From positions 28,585 through 92,584 of the forward strand of contig JACPHX010000006.1 of the NCBI GenBank assembly GCA_016188425.1: a stretch of DNA of 64,000 nt, given 5' to 3'. The position numbers and the translations under genes were made by a program. Shown piece after piece: positions 18,976-28,400 of the stretch (its first letter is position 1; each line of letters opens with the position of its first letter). The notes under the pieces were generated by a model, which worked only from the letters and a program-made list of their open reading frames with translations, made no database searches and had not been told where the DNA came from. This stretch comes from Candidatus Uhrbacteria bacterium (GTDB lineage Bacteria; Patescibacteriota; Patescibacteriia; UBA9934; GWF2-40-263).

Positions 18976-20279
18976 TACATCATTTTCTTCCTAATAAACG
19001 CCGGGATCTCCATGTCTTCTTCTTCGGAATGCGCGGGGGGATTGCTCATGGGCGAGCGAGGAGCATTCGGCCGATCCATGGGAGGGAGAGGTTTTGGACG
19101 AGGCGGTTCCGGGGCGCGCATCGGAGGAGGATCTATTCGGTATTCATTGGGTTTCATCCGTACAGGCATCTGCTTTGGTTGATACGGAGGGATGGAGGGG
19201 GGAGGAGAGGGGGGGGAGGCGGAGGGAGAACGGCGTTCTGGTTCCCTGGGACGCAATAAATTCCCCGGGGTCCAGACGCCTTGGGAAGGAACTTCAACGG
19301 CATCTGGCGTGACCCGACGGCGCTCACGGCTATCGAACCCCGTCGCCACGACAGAGATCCGAATTTCGTCTTTCAAATTCGGGTCAACGTTCGCGCCAAA
19401 AATAACCTTTGCATCTTCATCGGCTGAACCAGTGATGACCTTCGCCGCCTCGGCTACCTCGTGCATACCCATATCTTCCCCACCGGTAATCGTAAACAGG
19501 ATGCCTTTGGCCCCGTCGATGGAAAGCTCCAGCAGTGGACTGGCGACGGCCTGCTTGGCCGCATCCACCGCCCTATTCTCTCCGCTTGCCTTTCCGATAC
19601 CCATAAGGGCGGAACCGGAATTTTCCATAATCGCCTTCACGTCGGCAAAGTCGACATTGATAAGACCCGGGATGGTGATGAGTTCAGAAATGCCTTGCAC
19701 CCCCTGCCGAAGGACATCGTCCACTACGCGGAAGGCGTCTAGGAGCGACGTCTTCTTATCGATAATTTGCAGCACCCGGTCATTGGGGATGGTGATGATC
19801 GCGTCTACATACTGGCTTAACCGCTCATAGGCCTCGTCCGCGATACGGCGCCGCTGCGCCCCTTCAAACCCAAAAGGCTTGGTGACAACCGCCACCGTGA
19901 GCGCCCCGAGGTCTTTGGCGATCTTCGCCACCTCTGGGCCGCCGCCTGAACCAGTGCCACCACCCAGGCCACAGGTGAGGAACACCATGTCTGCTCCGGT
20001 GAGTGCCTCTCGCAACTCGTTCTGATTCTCCTCCGCCGCCCGCTTGCCCACTTCCGGATTCATGCCCGCTCCCAAACCTCGCGTGAGCGTTTTCCCGATG
20101 GCAATCTTCTGCATGGCTAAATTTTGGTTCAAGGCCTGAACATCGGTGTTCACGGCAATGAACTGCACCCCCTTTATTTCGTCACGGATCATGCGATTGA
20201 GCGCGGCTCCCCCACCCCCGCCAATGCCAACAACCTTTATTTTCGCGAAGGTTTCGATATCCGGTTTCACTTCACCCAT
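18975..20279 (-). CDS. ftsZ: Cell division protein FtsZ with Pro-rich C-terminal linker
   Basis: KIKVVGIGGGGGAALNRM...GLGGGTGSGGGP tubulin signature. Confidence 0.9.
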   Translation of the reverse strand: MGEVKPDIETFAKIKVVGIGGGGGAALNRMIRDEIKGVQFIAVNTDVQALNQNLAMQKIAIGKTLTRGLGAGMNPEVGKRAAEENQNELREALTGADMVFLTCGLGGGTGSGGGPEVAKIAKDLGALTVAVVTKPFGFEGAQRRRIADEAYERLSQYVDAIITIPNDRVLQIIDKKTSLLDAFRVVDDVLRQGVQGISELITIPGLINVDFADVKAIMENSGSALMGIGKASGENRAVDAAKQAVASPLLELSIDGAKGILFTITGGEDMGMHEVAEAAKVITGSADEDAKVIFGANVDPNLKDEIRISVVATGFDSRERRRVTPDAVEVPSQGVWTPGNLLRPREPERRSPSASPPSPPPSIPPYQPKQMPVRMKPNEYRIDPPPMRAPEPPRPKPLPPMDRPNAPRSPMSNPPAHSEEEDMEIPAFIRKKMM

Positions 20280-20414
20280 AGTGAGGATCTGATGAACAAT
20301 TCAAGTATTCAAAATGGGAAATTTCTCCCACGAAATCCAGCTAACTGTACCGCCCTGGTGTTCAGAATGTCAAACAAAAATATCCCCGCTGATCTGCGGG
20401 GATATTTTTGTGTC

Positions 20415-21683
20415 TCACGGTTTCATGCCGCGAAAAATTCGTTTCAAGCCGTCTGTCAATTTCCCCCACAACCCACCGATCCCTCGCAACACCCCCCCGC
20501 CTCCCGCTTTCCCGCCTCCCGCCCCTGTCCCCGATTGGTTCCCCCAAAGAGCAAGTCCGACGGCCGTGCTGAATGCAGGATCGGAAATTCGGTCGATAAC
20601 CGATGTTACCAGCTGGGGAGCGGCGATCGCGCAAGGAAGCCGAAGAGATGTCTTGGCGCAATCCAACGCCCCTGTAAGTTTGGACCCGCCCCCTGTGAGA
20701 AGTACTCCGGAGGGAAGCATGCCAGACCGGTCAACCTTACGGAGCTCTTTGTCGACCAAATCGAACATTTCTGAAAGCCGAGCCTCGGTGATATCGGCTA
20801 TGAAGCGCCTTCCCACGATCTCTGGTTCAGAAGAACCGAAATCTGCCAGGTTTATTTCTTCTTCGCGAGCGACGTCATCCGGCCGACACGTCGCCGTCTG
20901 CAACTTTATGGATTCGGCTGTTTCCAAGCTTGTACGAAGCCCGATGGCAATGTCGGAAGTGATGTGATCGCCGCCCACCGGCAAGACGGCCGTATGCAGC
21001 ACGTCGCCTTCCTCGTAGACAACGAGACTGGTTGTGGACGCGCCAATATTCAGTACCGCAACCCCCAACTCACGCTGGCGCGGGGTCGCCACTGCCTCCC
21101 CTGTCGCTAAAATAGAAAATACCAAATCGTTAATATCTATCCCCGTTCTATACACGCACTTGCTCAGGTTTTTTATCTGAGAAGAAAGCCCCTGAATAAT
21201 AAGGGCGTCCACCTCAAGGCGTATCCCGTTCATGCCGATCGGATCCTTGATACCCCGCTGGCCGTCGACAATAAAGCTTTTTGGAAGGACATGGATGATT
21301 TCGTAATTGGTGGGGGTTGCTACGGTTCGAGCTGCCTCCAACGCCCGATCGACATCTTCCTCGCGGATTTCACCGTCGGACCGGCCAACGCCAATGACCC
21401 CGCGGCTTTCCTGGGCGATGATGTGGCTGCCATTGATGCCGACCCAGGCATCGTTTATGGGAACACCCGTGATTCGCTCTGCTTGTTCTATCGCTCGAGA
21501 CACCGAGGACACGGCCTCCTCGAGATTGCTGATGGTTCCTTTTGCAATCCCAGAAGAGGCGACCTCGATCGCGCCGATGATATGCATGAGATCGCGCCCT
21601 TCTTCGGACGGCACTAATTTCCCGACCGCCACGCGGACCGCCGAAGAACCTATATCGATACCTGTATAAATTTCCTCCCGCAT
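20415..21683 (-). CDS. ftsA: Cell division protein FtsA
   Basis: MREEIYTGIDIGSSAVRVAVG... actin-like ATPase; Gly-rich linker plus C-terminal amphipathic helix. Confidence 0.85.
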   Translation of the reverse strand: MREEIYTGIDIGSSAVRVAVGKLVPSEEGRDLMHIIGAIEVASSGIAKGTISNLEEAVSSVSRAIEQAERITGVPINDAWVGINGSHIIAQESRGVIGVGRSDGEIREEDVDRALEAARTVATPTNYEIIHVLPKSFIVDGQRGIKDPIGMNGIRLEVDALIIQGLSSQIKNLSKCVYRTGIDINDLVFSILATGEAVATPRQRELGVAVLNIGASTTSLVVYEEGDVLHTAVLPVGGDHITSDIAIGLRTSLETAESIKLQTATCRPDDVAREEEINLADFGSSEPEIVGRRFIADITEARLSEMFDLVDKELRKVDRSGMLPSGVLLTGGGSKLTGALDCAKTSLRLPCAIAAPQLVTSVIDRISDPAFSTAVGLALWGNQSGTGAGGGKAGGGGVLRGIGGLWGKLTDGLKRIFRGMKP

Positions 21684-21775
21684 AAGACCTGAACGAAGAA
21701 AATAGCTAAGGGGAATAATGGGCACCCCTCACCGTGTTCCCCCTAGTATAAAGGAAGCGGCGTCTGCCGGCAAAA

Positions 21776-22150
21776 TCAACCCGAGACAAAGAGCCCCCAG
21801 AGCCGAGGCAAAAAGATGTTCAACCCGATTATAGCAGCGGCAACGGAAGCGATCAGCACCGCGCCCGCCATAATATCCTTCAATTCTCCCACGATCGGAT
21901 GAATACGCGATTTGAACGTATCGGCAATCCGCTCCAGGGTGCTATTGATAAGCTCCAGCACCAGCACCGAAGGAATCAGCAATAGAATGACAATTCGTTC
22001 CGCCCGGGACAACTCCAAAAGGAAGGAGAAAATGAACGCCAGAACACCGACAAAACATTGAATACGAAAATTCTGTTCACCTCGAAAGACAATGGCAACC
22101 CCATGCAGAGCATGACGAACGCTGCGGACAAACTTTGGAAAATTGATCAT
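21776..22150 (-). CDS. dgkA: Diacylglycerol kinase family membrane protein
   Basis: ~124 aa, 3 TM, DAGK_prokar-like; ybeY-dgkA arrangement. Confidence 0.7.
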   Translation of the reverse strand: MINFPKFVRSVRHALHGVAIVFRGEQNFRIQCFVGVLAFIFSFLLELSRAERIVILLLIPSVLVLELINSTLERIADTFKSRIHPIVGELKDIMAGAVLIASVAAAIIGLNIFLPRLWGLFVSG

Positions 22151-22662
22151 AGACGTGAGTCGATGGAGAGCGATTTCAGAATCCGTTCTTGGAGCGGGAA
22201 CATCTGTTTGGCATCGACGGGACGTTCATGGTCGAATCCGAACAAATGAAGCAGGCCGTGAACAAGGAGGAAGACGACCTCGTCGCGGGTAGCGTGGCCG
22301 CGCTCAAGCGCCTGGCGGCGAGCTTGATCGTAGGAGATGAGGACTTCGCCCACGACCCCCCTGCCCCCCTGCCCCCATTCCGCGGCACCCCCCCTGCCCC
22401 CCTTGGCAGGGGGGTTCTGCAGGGGGAAGGACAGGACGTCGGTGAGGCGGTCCTTTCCGCGGTAGTGGCGATTGATGGATTGCATCTGTTTGGGGCCGAC
22501 GAAGGCGACGGAGACGAGCCAAACCCCCCTGCCCCCCTTTGGAGGGGGGTTCTTCGAAAGGGCAAGGGCGACGGCGTCTGTGGTACGGTGCGCCAAAGCC
22601 AAAGGGAGGCGTTGCCCCCCTTTGAGTATCGACTGGTTTAGGTCCAGATGTATGGTCGGCAT
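22147..22662 (-). CDS. ybeY: Endoribonuclease YbeY (with two in-frame Gly/Pro-rich insertions)
   Basis: HGLLHLFGFDH zinc motif, YRGKDRLTDVLSFP. Two extra NPPxKGGRG segments are encoded by G-run/C-run DNA. Confidence 0.8.
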   Translation of the reverse strand: MPTIHLDLNQSILKGGQRLPLALAHRTTDAVALALSKNPPPKGGRGVWLVSVAFVGPKQMQSINRHYRGKDRLTDVLSFPLQNPPAKGGRGGAAEWGQGGRGVVGEVLISYDQARRQALERGHATRDEVVFLLVHGLLHLFGFDHERPVDAKQMFPLQERILKSLSIDSRL

Positions 22663-22762
22663 AAGGCAGGACGCAAGGGGCGCAAGAGGTCCAAGAGGCG
22701 CAAGGGGAGGAATCTTTGGGTGAGATTTAAACCAACCCGCAGGACGGTTTGGAAACCTGCCG

Positions 22763-23752
22763 TTACGGGATGATTTCGATACTGTTGATCATCATCTGGA
22801 ATGTCTGCAAATAATCGATGGTGGATTTGCCGTCTCCGTCGTAGACCAGGGAATAGGAGCTATTCCCGATGACAACCCAGGCCTTGAGCTGATCCTCGGA
22901 CATGAGCATTGGGTAGCCGTTCTTGGTTTTCGTTTCAAAGATCTTCTCTTGCGGGAATTGCTCATCGTGCCATTTCCGCAAAGAAACGATGTCGTCCTGA
23001 ACGCCCCCCGTGTTTACCGACACGCTCTCTGCGCTTGGGACGACAAATTTTAGCAGAGGTTCCTTCTCGCTTTTCCCATCCACTTTCGTCCAGATCGCGG
23101 GATAGAGCAAACGAATCCCACCCTTTCCAAACGGAACCAGGTCGACGGACTTCACAAGCCCCGTCTGCAACAAAGTGGCGGGGGCGGTCCCGTTGGGATT
23201 GTAGCGGTGGAATACTTCGTTCCCATCCAGGAATCCGTCCTTATCCGTGTCTGGTAACCGAGGATCGGTCTTGTAGATATTATTTTCCTCAACGTCCGTC
23301 AGCCCATCGCTATCGGAATCAATCCCCGGCGTCTTTACCGCGGAGACAGGGGGTTTCACCTCTGGGGGTTTCGGCGGCTCGACGATAGGAGGAACAACAG
23401 GGGGCTTAGGTTGAACGATCGGTGCTGGCTCCGGAGCGAGCCACTTAGGAATAAGAAAAAAGGCGGCGATCCCCCCAGCCACAAGGAACAGAAACAAAAA
23501 CACGACGAAGATCATTTTCTTGGAAGAACCTTTACGAGAAAGCGCAAGGGGCGCAGGAGGCACAGGGGGCGCAAGGGGTTTGGGCGAAGGATGAGGGACT
23601 GGGACGGACGTTTTTGCAGCGGGCTCGACGAGCTTTACCTCGGCTCCGTGGCGGTAAGCGACTGGCATCGTGAAAAGACGCATGCCACCATTGGAAGATG
23701 CGACGGTTTCAGATGCGGGGATTTGAAAGGCCATGGCGCCAGCCCCAGGCAT
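22763..23752 (-). CDS. Membrane protein with Pro-rich N-terminal tail, TM, TSP3-like Ca-binding repeats and C-terminal domain
   Basis: IDSDSDGLTDVEENNIYKTDPRLPDTDKDGFLDGNEVFHRYNP thrombospondin-type-3-like DxDxDG repeats. TM (MIFVVFLFLFLVAGGIAAFFL). N-terminal ...PKPLAPPVPPAPLAL is encoded by a GCGCAAGGG-type DNA repeat. Confidence 0.5.
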   Translation of the reverse strand: MPGAGAMAFQIPASETVASSNGGMRLFTMPVAYRHGAEVKLVEPAAKTSVPVPHPSPKPLAPPVPPAPLALSRKGSSKKMIFVVFLFLFLVAGGIAAFFLIPKWLAPEPAPIVQPKPPVVPPIVEPPKPPEVKPPVSAVKTPGIDSDSDGLTDVEENNIYKTDPRLPDTDKDGFLDGNEVFHRYNPNGTAPATLLQTGLVKSVDLVPFGKGGIRLLYPAIWTKVDGKSEKEPLLKFVVPSAESVSVNTGGVQDDIVSLRKWHDEQFPQEKIFETKTKNGYPMLMSEDQLKAWVVIGNSSYSLVYDGDGKSTIDYLQTFQMMINSIEIIP

Positions 23753-23755
23753 AGG

Positions 23756-24442
23756 TTATGGGGTTACAGGTGCAACAGGAGCCGGAAGAAGCTTCCCTTC
23801 CCCCGCGGGGTTATAGCCGTTTTTTACTTCTGTGCCATCCGCAAACCCATCGCCATCGGAATCGGCATTTTTTGGATTAGTTTTGTATTTCATGATTTCC
23901 TCCCGGTCGGACAACCCGTCTCCGTCGGTATCCGCCACGCTTGGATTCGTCCCGTAAAACGCTTCTTCTTGGTCTGTCAGGCCATCGCCATCCGTATCCG
24001 TAGCGGCCACAGGTGCTGGAGTTGGGGTGGTTATTGGAGCAACTGGAGGAGCTTCTGTCGTCGGTTCCACAACAGGCGGAGTGACTGGCTCTGTGGGAGG
24101 CGCTTGGGTGTTCGGCGGCGCTTGTGGAGCAGGTTGTGGCGTCTGATCGAGAAACGGAATCCCCTTTGACTGTTGTGCCAGCAATGTAAACGCCACGTAT
24201 GCCGCGGCGACAATGACGACTAAAACGCCGACGACAATGAGAATTGCCTTCCATGGGAAACCGCCACGGGAGGACTCTTCCAGGGGCGCAGGGGGCGCAA
24301 GAGGCACAAGGGGCGCAGGGGGTTCGGAAGGGAGGGGGACGGGAGACGGGAGGCGGGGAGCGGAGGGCGTTGGCAAAGCGGGAGGGGCTTCTGTGGTGTC
24401 CGCGAACATATCTTCGGGCTCTGGGGTGAGTTGGTCGGGCAT
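23756..24442 (-). CDS. Membrane protein with TM and three TSP3-like repeats; ends ...NGYNPAGEGKLLP...
   Basis: Paralogue of the downstream gene; DTDGDGLTDQEE..DTDGDGLSDREE..DSDGDGFADGTE. Start uncertain: the ORF extends to 24490 through a repeat arm. Confidence 0.5.
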   Translation of the reverse strand: MPDQLTPEPEDMFADTTEAPPALPTPSAPRLPSPVPLPSEPPAPLVPLAPPAPLEESSRGGFPWKAILIVVGVLVVIVAAAYVAFTLLAQQSKGIPFLDQTPQPAPQAPPNTQAPPTEPVTPPVVEPTTEAPPVAPITTPTPAPVAATDTDGDGLTDQEEAFYGTNPSVADTDGDGLSDREEIMKYKTNPKNADSDGDGFADGTEVKNGYNPAGEGKLLPAPVAPVTP

Positions 24443-24443
24443 A

Positions 24444-24601
24444 GGGGGAAGGGTGACCAAGGGTGAACAAGAGAGAACAAGGGTGAACAAGGGGGGGAAT
24501 TAGTAGGACGTTAACAATCAGAACAAATGAAACAAATCATTTTCATGTTTTTATAAAACTATTCGCTTCCTCCCCTCTTGTTCTATCTTGTTCACCCTCC
24601 T
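24444..24601. repeat. CAAGG-type short-tandem-repeat element, inverted pair (GGTGAACAAG units) flanking a 69-bp AT-rich spacer
   Basis: gggtgaccaagggtgaacaagagagaacaagggtgaacaagg ... cctcttgttctatcttgttcaccctcc. Confidence 0.6.
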
Positions 24602-24607
24602 ATTCTA

Positions 24608-25450
24608 TCACAACCTCCCCGGCCCGGCAGGGCTGTAGCCGCTGCGGACTTCGTCGGCATCTTGGTACCCGTCGCCGTCGGAGTCGACATTCGTGTCGCT
24701 GGAGCCGTATTTTGCTTCGGTATAGGCGTCCAGACCATCACCGTCGCGGTCGCCAGAGCCGACGATGTCCAGACAATCAATACGAATCAGCTCCAGGGCA
24801 ATCTCTTTGCAAAAGTCTGGATTGCGCGCCGCGATGGCCGCCTGTTTCTTGGACAAGCCATCACACACGTCTGCCGGACGGTTCATCTGGTTGCATTGAT
24901 CGATGGTAAGCCCCGTAAAGAAAAACGACTCGCAAGAGACACGACTCGCCTCATCTTTGATGTTCGCGCAGGCATCAATCTTCAACCCATTCGTCGCTTG
25001 GGCGCGATATTGCAGATCGGCACACGCATCTTTCGATTCCTGGGTCGAAAGCCCTTCGCAGGCCGACGCATCCATAGACGCATTCGCCGCTTGCCAAAGG
25101 CACGCATCCTTGAGGTCCGCCGCCAAGTCCTTGCAGGCCCCCACCTTCCCCTGCCCGCCCATGGCTTCCGCTTTCAAACGATCGAGGCAGGCCTGGCGGT
25201 CTATGGCAGCATCACATTCCTGTCCCGATACCTGAGACGCCGCTTGCTGTGCCGCTTCTTTCACGGAGCGCTGCGTGGCGCGCCGGGAGAAGAAGAAAAT
25301 CATCCCAACGACGAGAAGGGCAACAACAAACACCGCCACGCCTACAAGCACAAACGTGCGGCGTCGGGGACCCCCCCAGGCCCCCCCTTTAGGAAGGGGG
25401 GGACTAAGGGGGGGTTCCCAGGCATTGTCGTAGAGCGGTTGGTTGTCCAT
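24608..25450 (-). CDS. Single-pass membrane protein with Cys-rich ectodomain and C-terminal TSP3-like repeats (ends SGYSPAGPGRL)
   Basis: TM VLVGVAVFVVALLVVGMIFFF; many Cys; DRDGDGLDAYTE..DSDGDGYQDADE. Stop lies 3 nt downstream of the giant gene's stop, read in the direction of transcription. Confidence 0.5.
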   Translation of the reverse strand: MDNQPLYDNAWEPPLSPPLPKGGAWGGPRRRTFVLVGVAVFVVALLVVGMIFFFSRRATQRSVKEAAQQAASQVSGQECDAAIDRQACLDRLKAEAMGGQGKVGACKDLAADLKDACLWQAANASMDASACEGLSTQESKDACADLQYRAQATNGLKIDACANIKDEASRVSCESFFFTGLTIDQCNQMNRPADVCDGLSKKQAAIAARNPDFCKEIALELIRIDCLDIVGSGDRDGDGLDAYTEAKYGSSDTNVDSDGDGYQDADEVRSGYSPAGPGRL

Positions 25451-25453
25451 AGA

Positions 25454-28400
25454 TTAGCGGGCCGGGCATGCCGCGGCGCTGACGTTGGAGATGGTGCATC
25501 CGGTGGGACAATCGGCCCGGATATTTATAGGAATCGATGAAACGCCGTCACAGCCCAGAAGTCCCGCAGGAATCGGAATGATTTGTCCGACCCCTTGCGT
25601 CAGGATCCCAACCGATTGCACCGTGTTCCCATCCCTATCCTTCCCTGTCACCGTGACGCTAAACGGCGAGAAAGAGTCGACAATGAACCTGGCGGCGGAG
25701 ATGAATACGCTCTGCGTCCAGGCGGTGTAGGCGTATTCCACGCCGGTGTTTGGCCCGCAGACGCGCGGCGAAGAAAGATCTGTCGATGTGCGGTAGTGCT
25801 GCAGCTGGGTTTGGGTCGGAGTGGTAGGCGACGCGTTCCCCCAAGCGCACAGGTCATTGGTGACGGAAGCCATGACGCCCGCTCGCTCGACTCCCGCCGT
25901 ATCCACCAAAGGATCCATTGTATTCGTGATCGTGAGGGAATACACGCGACGGGCAGGGTTCTTGAGACTGCCGTCGGGATTCTTCACGATGTTCACCAGG
26001 TTCCAGGCAGGAGAGTCTACCGGATCTGAATCGGAGACGATAATCATGACCTGATCCGCCGAACCCGAGAACATGCCATTGGCCACACTCACCCCCGCGT
26101 TGACAAGCGCACTTCCCGCCGCATCTGCCCCGGTGAGGTTCACGACTTTGTTTCTTGCCAGATTGGTATCCGCATCGAGCGCCTGACCGACCGCGGCTCT
26201 GTCACCAAATACCGCCAACCCCACTCGCAAGATTTTCCCAGACCCCTGCCATCGATTCCGCATCAAGTCGATTTGCGCCGCCACCGCATCTCCCGCCTCC
26301 TGCAGACGGGTAGAGCCCCCGAACGCCCTGGACATGCTCGCGGTCTTATCCAGCACGAACACGACATCCGTGTCATGGGGCGCGGGGGCGCCCGGGATGC
26401 GAACGTCCATGGTGAGGGTACTCAACACGGAACACACGGGGAGAAACACTTTCGCATCGTTGGGGAATTGCCCCGAGGCCTGGCTGAAGAGCGTCACGGA
26501 ATCGACCAAGGTGGAGTTTACGATTTCTGGGAGCATCCGAGCTTTTTGGGAAGTGAACACGGGTGGGCAGGTAGACGCGCAATCACCGGCGCATTTGGCA
26601 ACGACGCAGACTCCTCCGCCTCCTACGCAACTCGGGTCCAGCAGGGCGTCGACGCTCGCATCGCGCACACAACGCATCCCCACATTCGTTCCTCCATCAC
26701 AATAGCCGATTTCTTTACAACTTGTGCCGACCGTCGAACATGCTCCGCCTGGGAACGTACAGGCCCCTCCCATCAAAACACCGGGGGACGGAAAAGTAAT
26801 GATCCCGGAACAAATCCCGGCGCTATTCGCCGCCATCAATCCGTCGCAAAGTTCGGTCCCTTCAATGACATTGTTTCCACAAAACGCCCCCGTCACCGTT
26901 TCAAAGCGGCAGTCTCGGGTACAGCCCGTACACACGCCGCCGTAGGGGGCGTTGCAGCCGTTCCCGTTTTGGCTGCCGTTGTCGCAGGATTCGACTCCTA
27001 AATTCACGACATTGTCGCCGCAGACGGCTGTTTTACAGCTATTAGTACATCCATCGTTGTCGTTTCGATTTCCGTCATCGCATTCTTCGGTGCCGGTCTT
27101 CCGCCCGTCGCCGCAATACTGACCGCCGCCGTTTGGTGAACCAACACGATCATATCCTTTGCAGGCATTCGCTCCAGAGGTCGAACAAGTCAATGAATAC
27201 TGGATTGGATACGTTTGAGCGGAACACGATCCTCTCACATAATCGGCATCTCCCGGAACACCCTTGTCGCAATTTTGCGGGATGGAACAGATCCCTCCTA
27301 TCTTCACTGGATCCCCCTGATCACAGACATTTGAAAGGACAGGAAACACGCAGGGTGTTGTGTCGACAGGACAATCGGCCACGCCATCACCTGTACAATA
27401 ATTCGTCGGATCCAGTTCACAATATCCCACCGGCTCTTTTGCATATCGTGTTGCCGGATCATTCGGATCGCAAATTTCATTGTTCGCCGTCTGCACCAGC
27501 CCGTCCCCGCACGACGGACCGACGCCGCGGCAGTCCGCGGCGCACGCAGAACCATACTCGCCGTTTCGCAATGTCCCGCAATGCGCCGCCGTTGCCCAGC
27601 CGCCCAGCGCGGTACTGAACAGGCCGCCGCAGTCACAACTCTCACCAGCGTCCAAAGTTCCATCTCCACAGATGTTCCGCTGTGTCCCCGTCGCGATCTG
27701 ACAATCGGAGGGGCAGTGGCCGTAGGTGCCGTTGAGGAAACCTTCGTCGCAATCCTCGTCTTCATCCGGCACGCCGTTGCCGCATTGGTAGGCGACACAG
27801 GTGGCGGAGGAACCGGTATCCGTTGTGAAGGCGCAGACATTCTGGGTCATGGGGGTACAGGCGGCGCCGGAGACGCCACAGGTGCCGCTTCCCAAACAAT
27901 TGGAGTCGGACACGCAATGCAACCCATCTCGAATTCCACCCGAACAAATCTTGCAATTGGCAGCGACAGCACACGCTCCAAAACTCGGATCTCCTCCACA
28001 GAACAATGTTGCACAATAGAGCGACGCGCTTTCGCAGTCAGCCGTTGTTGTACAGGAACGTTGGTAGGGTAATTGACCAGGAGCGAACGTGACGGCGCAC
28101 AATCCCGCCGTGGGTGCACACGGGACGAGTTTGTGTCCGTCCTTTTCGACCGACCGATCACAGGTAATGCTTGGACAATCGGTCGCCTGCGTCGCCACCG
28201 TACATGTCGTGTTCGCAGCAGCCGTCCCCCCGACGCATTTCAAGGTCGCCGGATCACAGCTTCCTCCAGGCGTCGTCGCGCAATCTGTTGCCTCGGAACA
28301 ATACGACCCGTCGCGCGTCCCTCCTTTGCAATACCCAAGCTTACAATCTACCGGTTTAATCTGCCCGACTTCACAAAACTCATTCGCCCCTTGGATGCCG

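Noticed and set aside
24578-25540. 320-aa plus-strand ORF
   Set aside because: Antisense to the Cys-rich TSP3 membrane protein gene; Arg/Ala-rich.
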